This document shows, piece after piece, positions 60,124-64,000 of a DNA stretch of 64,000 bases; the first letter of the stretch is position 1, and each line of letters opens with the position of its first letter. The DNA comes from Ostreococcus lucimarinus (taxonomy: Eukaryota): NCBI GenBank assembly GCA_000092065.1, contig CP000583.1; one strand, given 5' to 3'. The notes beneath the pieces were generated by a model, which saw only the letters and a program-made list of their open reading frames with translations, had not been told where the DNA came from and did no database searches. The translations under genes and the position numbers were made by a program.

Positions 60124-62040
60124 ATGGCGCGCGGCGCGAGCGCGACGCGACGAAGAAGCGCGCGATCGAGCGCGAAGGGGACGAAGGCGATGGGTGATTC
60201 GGAGGACGGACGCGGGGGGGGGTGCGAGACGGGCGCGGGAGAGGCGACGGAGACGTTTAACTTTACGCCGATTAACGCGATGCGATCGCTGGAGAACGTG
60301 GAGCTGAGCGCGGAGCGCGAGGGAGGGATGGGGAAGCGCGCGAGGCGGGCGTCGACGCCGGCGGCGAAGAAGGCGAAGGACGGGGAGAATTTTGATACCG
60401 CCGACGTGGAGGCGACGACGACGACGACGACGACGACGGATAGCTTCACGTTTGCGATGCAAGGGGATAGGAGTGAGTCGAAGACGTTTTGGGCGACGCA
60501 GAGCGAACAGAAGCGGTTGGCGCCGTTGGCGCACACGAACGGCCTACCGCCGACGCCGGCGGTTTATAACGCGGTGCCGTGGCCGAGCTCGATCCCCCTT
60601 CGTGAAAAGTCACCACTTCGTGGTGTTCCGGCGATGTACAGTAATGCGTGTGTGACGCCGGACGGGCGCGAGTTTCAGGGACGCGTGCAGGGCGCGACGG
60701 TGTCTGCTCGAATGTCACCGCTCGTCATGGAACCTTTGGCGACGACACCCAAGGAACTTGCAGCGCAGTTGGTCGAAGTCAAGCGTGAGATTGCAAAGCG
60801 ACAAAGCGAAGCGGTCGATGTCACACGCGCTTTGCGTCAACTTCAAAGCGAGGAAGCGGACCTGTACGCCAGAGCCGCGGCGATTCAGCGACAGTTACTC
60901 GAGTGCACGAGCGACGAACAACCGTATGACTTGAATGTTACGGTACCGTCTAAAGGGGTGGCAAAATTGATAACTCTCGAAAACGAGATACATTCGAACG
61001 AAGAGACGCAGAGACGAGTCGTGCGCGAGGAAGGCTCGCCACTGAATGATCAGCAGCCGTCGACGTCTGAAATCGCCGTAAACGCTATGCAACCATTTCA
61101 AAAGCTGGATGTGCGAAAGTCATTGATTTCCCTCGATTTTATCGATGGTCCGGGTGGCTTATCACTTTTGACTGCAAGCGCTGACGACTGTCTCCGCTTG
61201 TGGGCACCCGACAGCCGAAAGCCAGCGGCACTCATGCGCGCACCCAGGGGCATGAGTGCGACGACGGTCATGAACGAGCGCATCGTTTGCGTGGGTACAG
61301 ATATGGGACAAATCGTGCAAATGGATCTCGCTACTGGCCAAATTTTTGGTGCGCTTACGCAAGGCGAACACGCGGCACCGTGGAGCGTGAAGACGCTCAC
61401 CAAGGTTGGCCGAGACGCGGAGCAACTCGTCGCCGCGGCGGGCTCGGGCGGCGACATCAAGGTCTGGGACGCACGCATCGCCATGAATGGCGGGGCTCCG
61501 ATGGTGATGTACTCACATGGTGCATCCGAGATTCGCGGGCTTTCGTTTTCATCAGACGGTCGTACCGTCGTCGCCGCGGCCTCGAACGATTTGCGCGTTT
61601 TTGACTTGCGCATGAACGGGCGTTCTACGCGAATGAACGTCGCGAGTGATTCGCAACCCTCGTGGACGTCTGTCTTGCATGATGCATCAACGAGTGAGAT
61701 CATCACAACATCTAGTGTAGGCGACGTATATGCGTGGTCTACCGCTGCGCCGTATCCGTTGTCGCGAACCGTCGCCAAAGCGTGTGCGCCAAACTCTGGC
61801 GCCGCCATCGCAACCGCGGGCGCCCTGCTCTGCGCTTCTGGCGCCGACGCGAGCGACGTGGACTTCGTTCGGCATTCATCCGGCGAAATTGTCGCTCGCT
61901 GGTCTCCCGAATCCACCGAACGCGCGTGCGTCACGTGTGTCGCCGTCAGCGACGTCGGCGCTCGAGCGCAGCCCTACGCCGCAGGTTCCTTCGCCGCAGG
62001 CACTGCCTCCGGCACCGTCGTCGTCTTTGCCTCGTCGTAA
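60124..62040 (+). CDS. Coiled-coil + WD40-repeat protein (ATG16/PRP19-like architecture, unassigned)
   Basis: Central coiled-coil 'KELAAQLVEVKREIAKRQSEAVDVTRALRQLQSEEADLYARAAAIQRQLLE'. C-terminal WD repeats with 'LRLWAP', 'IKVWDAR' and 'LRVFDLR'. Confidence 0.7.
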   Translation: MARGASATRRRSARSSAKGTKAMGDSEDGRGGGCETGAGEATETFNFTPINAMRSLENVELSAEREGGMGKRARRASTPAAKKAKDGENFDTADVEATTTTTTTTDSFTFAMQGDRSESKTFWATQSEQKRLAPLAHTNGLPPTPAVYNAVPWPSSIPLREKSPLRGVPAMYSNACVTPDGREFQGRVQGATVSARMSPLVMEPLATTPKELAAQLVEVKREIAKRQSEAVDVTRALRQLQSEEADLYARAAAIQRQLLECTSDEQPYDLNVTVPSKGVAKLITLENEIHSNEETQRRVVREEGSPLNDQQPSTSEIAVNAMQPFQKLDVRKSLISLDFIDGPGGLSLLTASADDCLRLWAPDSRKPAALMRAPRGMSATTVMNERIVCVGTDMGQIVQMDLATGQIFGALTQGEHAAPWSVKTLTKVGRDAEQLVAAAGSGGDIKVWDARIAMNGGAPMVMYSHGASEIRGLSFSSDGRTVVAAASNDLRVFDLRMNGRSTRMNVASDSQPSWTSVLHDASTSEIITTSSVGDVYAWSTAAPYPLSRTVAKACAPNSGAAIATAGALLCASGADASDVDFVRHSSGEIVARWSPESTERACVTCVAVSDVGARAQPYAAGSFAAGTASGTVVVFASS

Positions 62041-62291
62041 ACAAGCAACCGAAGAAAGAATGGAAACTCGCCTACGTTTTAATCGATCAATCAATCATTC
62101 AACAAGTCTTCGCACACGCGCTCGTGCCCGCGCGCGAGGTAGAAAATCACAAGCGTCGACCATATTTTTGCGGTCTAGCTCTCGTATGCGCAATCAGTGT
62201 GGCACATGATACTAAAATACTTTTACCACTGGGGCCGGTCGCCGTTTTCGTCGCGGAAAGTCGAACCGTTTACGCACACGCGCGCGCCGGT

Positions 62292-62750
62292 ATGCGTCTT
62301 AGCCACGTCAACGACCGGAAGTCGACCGGAACGCGCGATGACGACGGAAACGACGACGATCCCTCCAATAAAGGGGGGTCGAAACGCCGCGCGTTGTCGA
62401 TGGAAACCGCCATCAATACGGCAGTCACGGCGACGGCGGCGGCGACGAAAGACGCGCGAGTTAAAGGCGAAGAGGTCTTAACGGAGTCCACACCCCTCGA
62501 GGTGGATCGTGCGATGAGCGAGCGAAGCGGTGCAAAGGAACATCTCGTTCACGCCGTGAAAAATCCAAAGCGGCGTCGGCGCGGTCGCCGCACGCCACCG
62601 TTGAGCGAGCGTCCGAAGACGTTGAGCGGGGCAATTCGTGAGATCCGCGCCACATTGGTCGATCCAACGATAGCAAAGCTCGAATTCTATCGGGAAAAGA
62701 TATCCGGCGCCGCGGGCCAGGAGGAAGGTGGAGACACGACCGAGCCGTGA
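62292..62750 (+). CDS. Possible small basic protein (152 aa), weak
   Basis: ORF with mixed composition and a 'KRRRRGRR' NLS-like patch. No homology recognised. Confidence 0.2.
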   Translation: MRLSHVNDRKSTGTRDDDGNDDDPSNKGGSKRRALSMETAINTAVTATAAATKDARVKGEEVLTESTPLEVDRAMSERSGAKEHLVHAVKNPKRRRRGRRTPPLSERPKTLSGAIREIRATLVDPTIAKLEFYREKISGAAGQEEGGDTTEP

Positions 62751-62810
62751 GCGTCGCCGCGACCGACGGCGACCCCCTCGCCCGGACGCCGGGCGCTCGA
62801 GCGCCAAGAC

Positions 62811-62840
62811 ACATCAACACACATCAACACACATCAACAC
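62811..62840. repeat. (acatcaacac)x3 decamer repeat
   Basis: Direct reading. Confidence 0.8.
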
Positions 62841-63044
62841 GAGTAAACACGATTAATATCCTGTGTTTTACTATCTTAGCATCGTAGACAACGTCGGTAG
62901 CTGACGTACGTATTAATATAGACGGTAAAACACTACTACTGTACTGTGGGTGAACCACCCCGCCCCAGCGGTCGGTCGGTCGGTCGATCGATCGATCGTC
63001 GTCGACGACGCCGCACAATCAGCCCGGCGGCCCGCGACGGAACC

Positions 63045-64000
63045 ATGTCGCTGGCGTTCGATGAGTTCGGGCGACCGTTCATCATCATCAAGGTGCGAGG
63101 GCGACGAACGAGCCGTCGCGGTATCCGCGCGCGCGGCGGACGAACGAACGGACGCGCGCGCGCGACGTGCGCGCGCGATGGTGAAGGACTCGCGCGATGC
63201 GATCGGGACACTGACGCTGGAACGCGTTTGTCGTTTACGCGATGCAGGAACAAGGAGCGAAAACGCGCGTGCGCGGGATCGATGCTCAGAAAGCGAACAT
63301 CGCGGCGGCGAAGAGCGTCGCTCGAACGCTTCGGTCTTCGCTCGGGCCAAAGGTGAGATGAAGACGCGGCGACGCGCGCGACGTTTGACTTTTTCGTAAA
63401 GCGAAGCGAGACGCGATTCATTCGCGCGGCGACTGACGAGAGGCGACGCGATGTCGCGAAATATCGTAGGGTATGGATAAGATTTTACAGTCTGGCGACG
63501 GCGACATCACGATAAGTGCGTGTGCGATTTCGAAACTCGAGGCGAAGCGCTCGCGAGGTTTGACTTTCGAACGCGATGACTGACGGTCATTTTATCTCGC
63601 AGCAAATGATGGAGCGACTATTTTGGATCAAATGGAAGTCGAACATGAGATCGGTAAGCTCATGGTTGAGCTGTCCAAGTCGCAGGACTACGAGATCGGT
63701 GATGGGACGACCGGCGTGGTGGTTTTAGCGGGCGCGCTGTTGGAGCAAGCCGAGTCACTTCTTGACCGCGGTATCCATCCCCTTCGAATCGCGGAAGGCT
63801 ACGAGATGGCGTCCAAGGTGGCGACAAAGGAGCTGGCAAGAATCAGCGAAAAGTTCGAATTCGATGCGGAGAATATCGAACCGTTAATTCAAACGTGTAT
63901 GACGACGCTGAGTAGTAAGATTGTGAACCGGTGCAAGCGCGAAATGGCAGAGATTTGCGTGAAGGCTGTGATGGCGGTGGCCGACTTAGAACGTAAGGAT
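63045..64000 (+). CDS. CCT5: T-complex protein 1 subunit epsilon (CCT5), 5' part, four exons (63045-63092, 63248-63352, 63470-63515, 63603-64000+)
   Basis: Spliced product '[16 protein letters not shown]|[35 protein letters not shown]|[15 protein letters not shown]|[51 protein letters not shown]...' is collinear with CCT epsilon. Donors aag|gtgcga, aag|gtgaga and a|gtgcgt. Acceptors cag, tag and cag. Branch ctgac in each intron. The gene continues past the window end. Confidence 0.9.

Noticed and set aside
1-64000. Prokaryotic-style defence or biosynthetic operon, mobile elements, rRNA
   Set aside because: Gene structure is eukaryotic (spliceosomal introns, proteasome, Sm and CCT genes). No transposase, integrase, reverse transcriptase or rRNA similarity was recognisable. 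Genes are unrelated housekeeping and organellar functions, not a co-functional cluster.

Overview
This window is eukaryotic nuclear DNA, very GC-rich (roughly 68-70% by eye) and densely packed, about one gene per 1.5 kb on both strands. It has short GT-AG spliceosomal introns of 67-252 bp. Donors are mostly G|GTGCG or GTGAG, branch-point-like CTGAC or TACTAAC sits 20-40 nt before the CAG acceptor. The gene content (SnRK2 kinase, Ca-dependent RelA/SpoT homolog, fibrillin, bifunctional UMP synthase, organellar-type ribosomal proteins S10 and L13, HAT-repeat proteins) points to a GC-rich, intron-poor green picoalga, possibly a prasinophyte or Mamiellophyceae-like lineage. I did not find CRISPR arrays, rRNA, convincing tRNA genes, prokaryotic operons or transposons. 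About 40 protein-coding genes are supportable: roughly 25 with clear homology, the rest hypothetical. Because of the GC content the six-frame track is full of long Arg/Ala-rich overlapping ORFs that are not genes, so I called genes only where a recognisable protein family or protein-like composition is present. The items I find most worth a second look are: an RSH alarmone synthetase fused to EF-hands and a HAT-repeat domain; a mitochondrially targeted ATP-synthase-alpha-like paralog with a destroyed P-loop; a 1547-aa OTU-protease protein carrying three near-identical in-frame 399-bp tandem repeats; a divergent cytosine-5 DNA-methyltransferase-like gene flanked by a 1.5 kb extreme-GC low-complexity block; a CxxC-less thioredoxin-like domain fused to fibrillin; an Sm D1 gene whose N-terminal Sm1 motif is not encoded where expected; and a 46-nt micro-exon in CCT epsilon.
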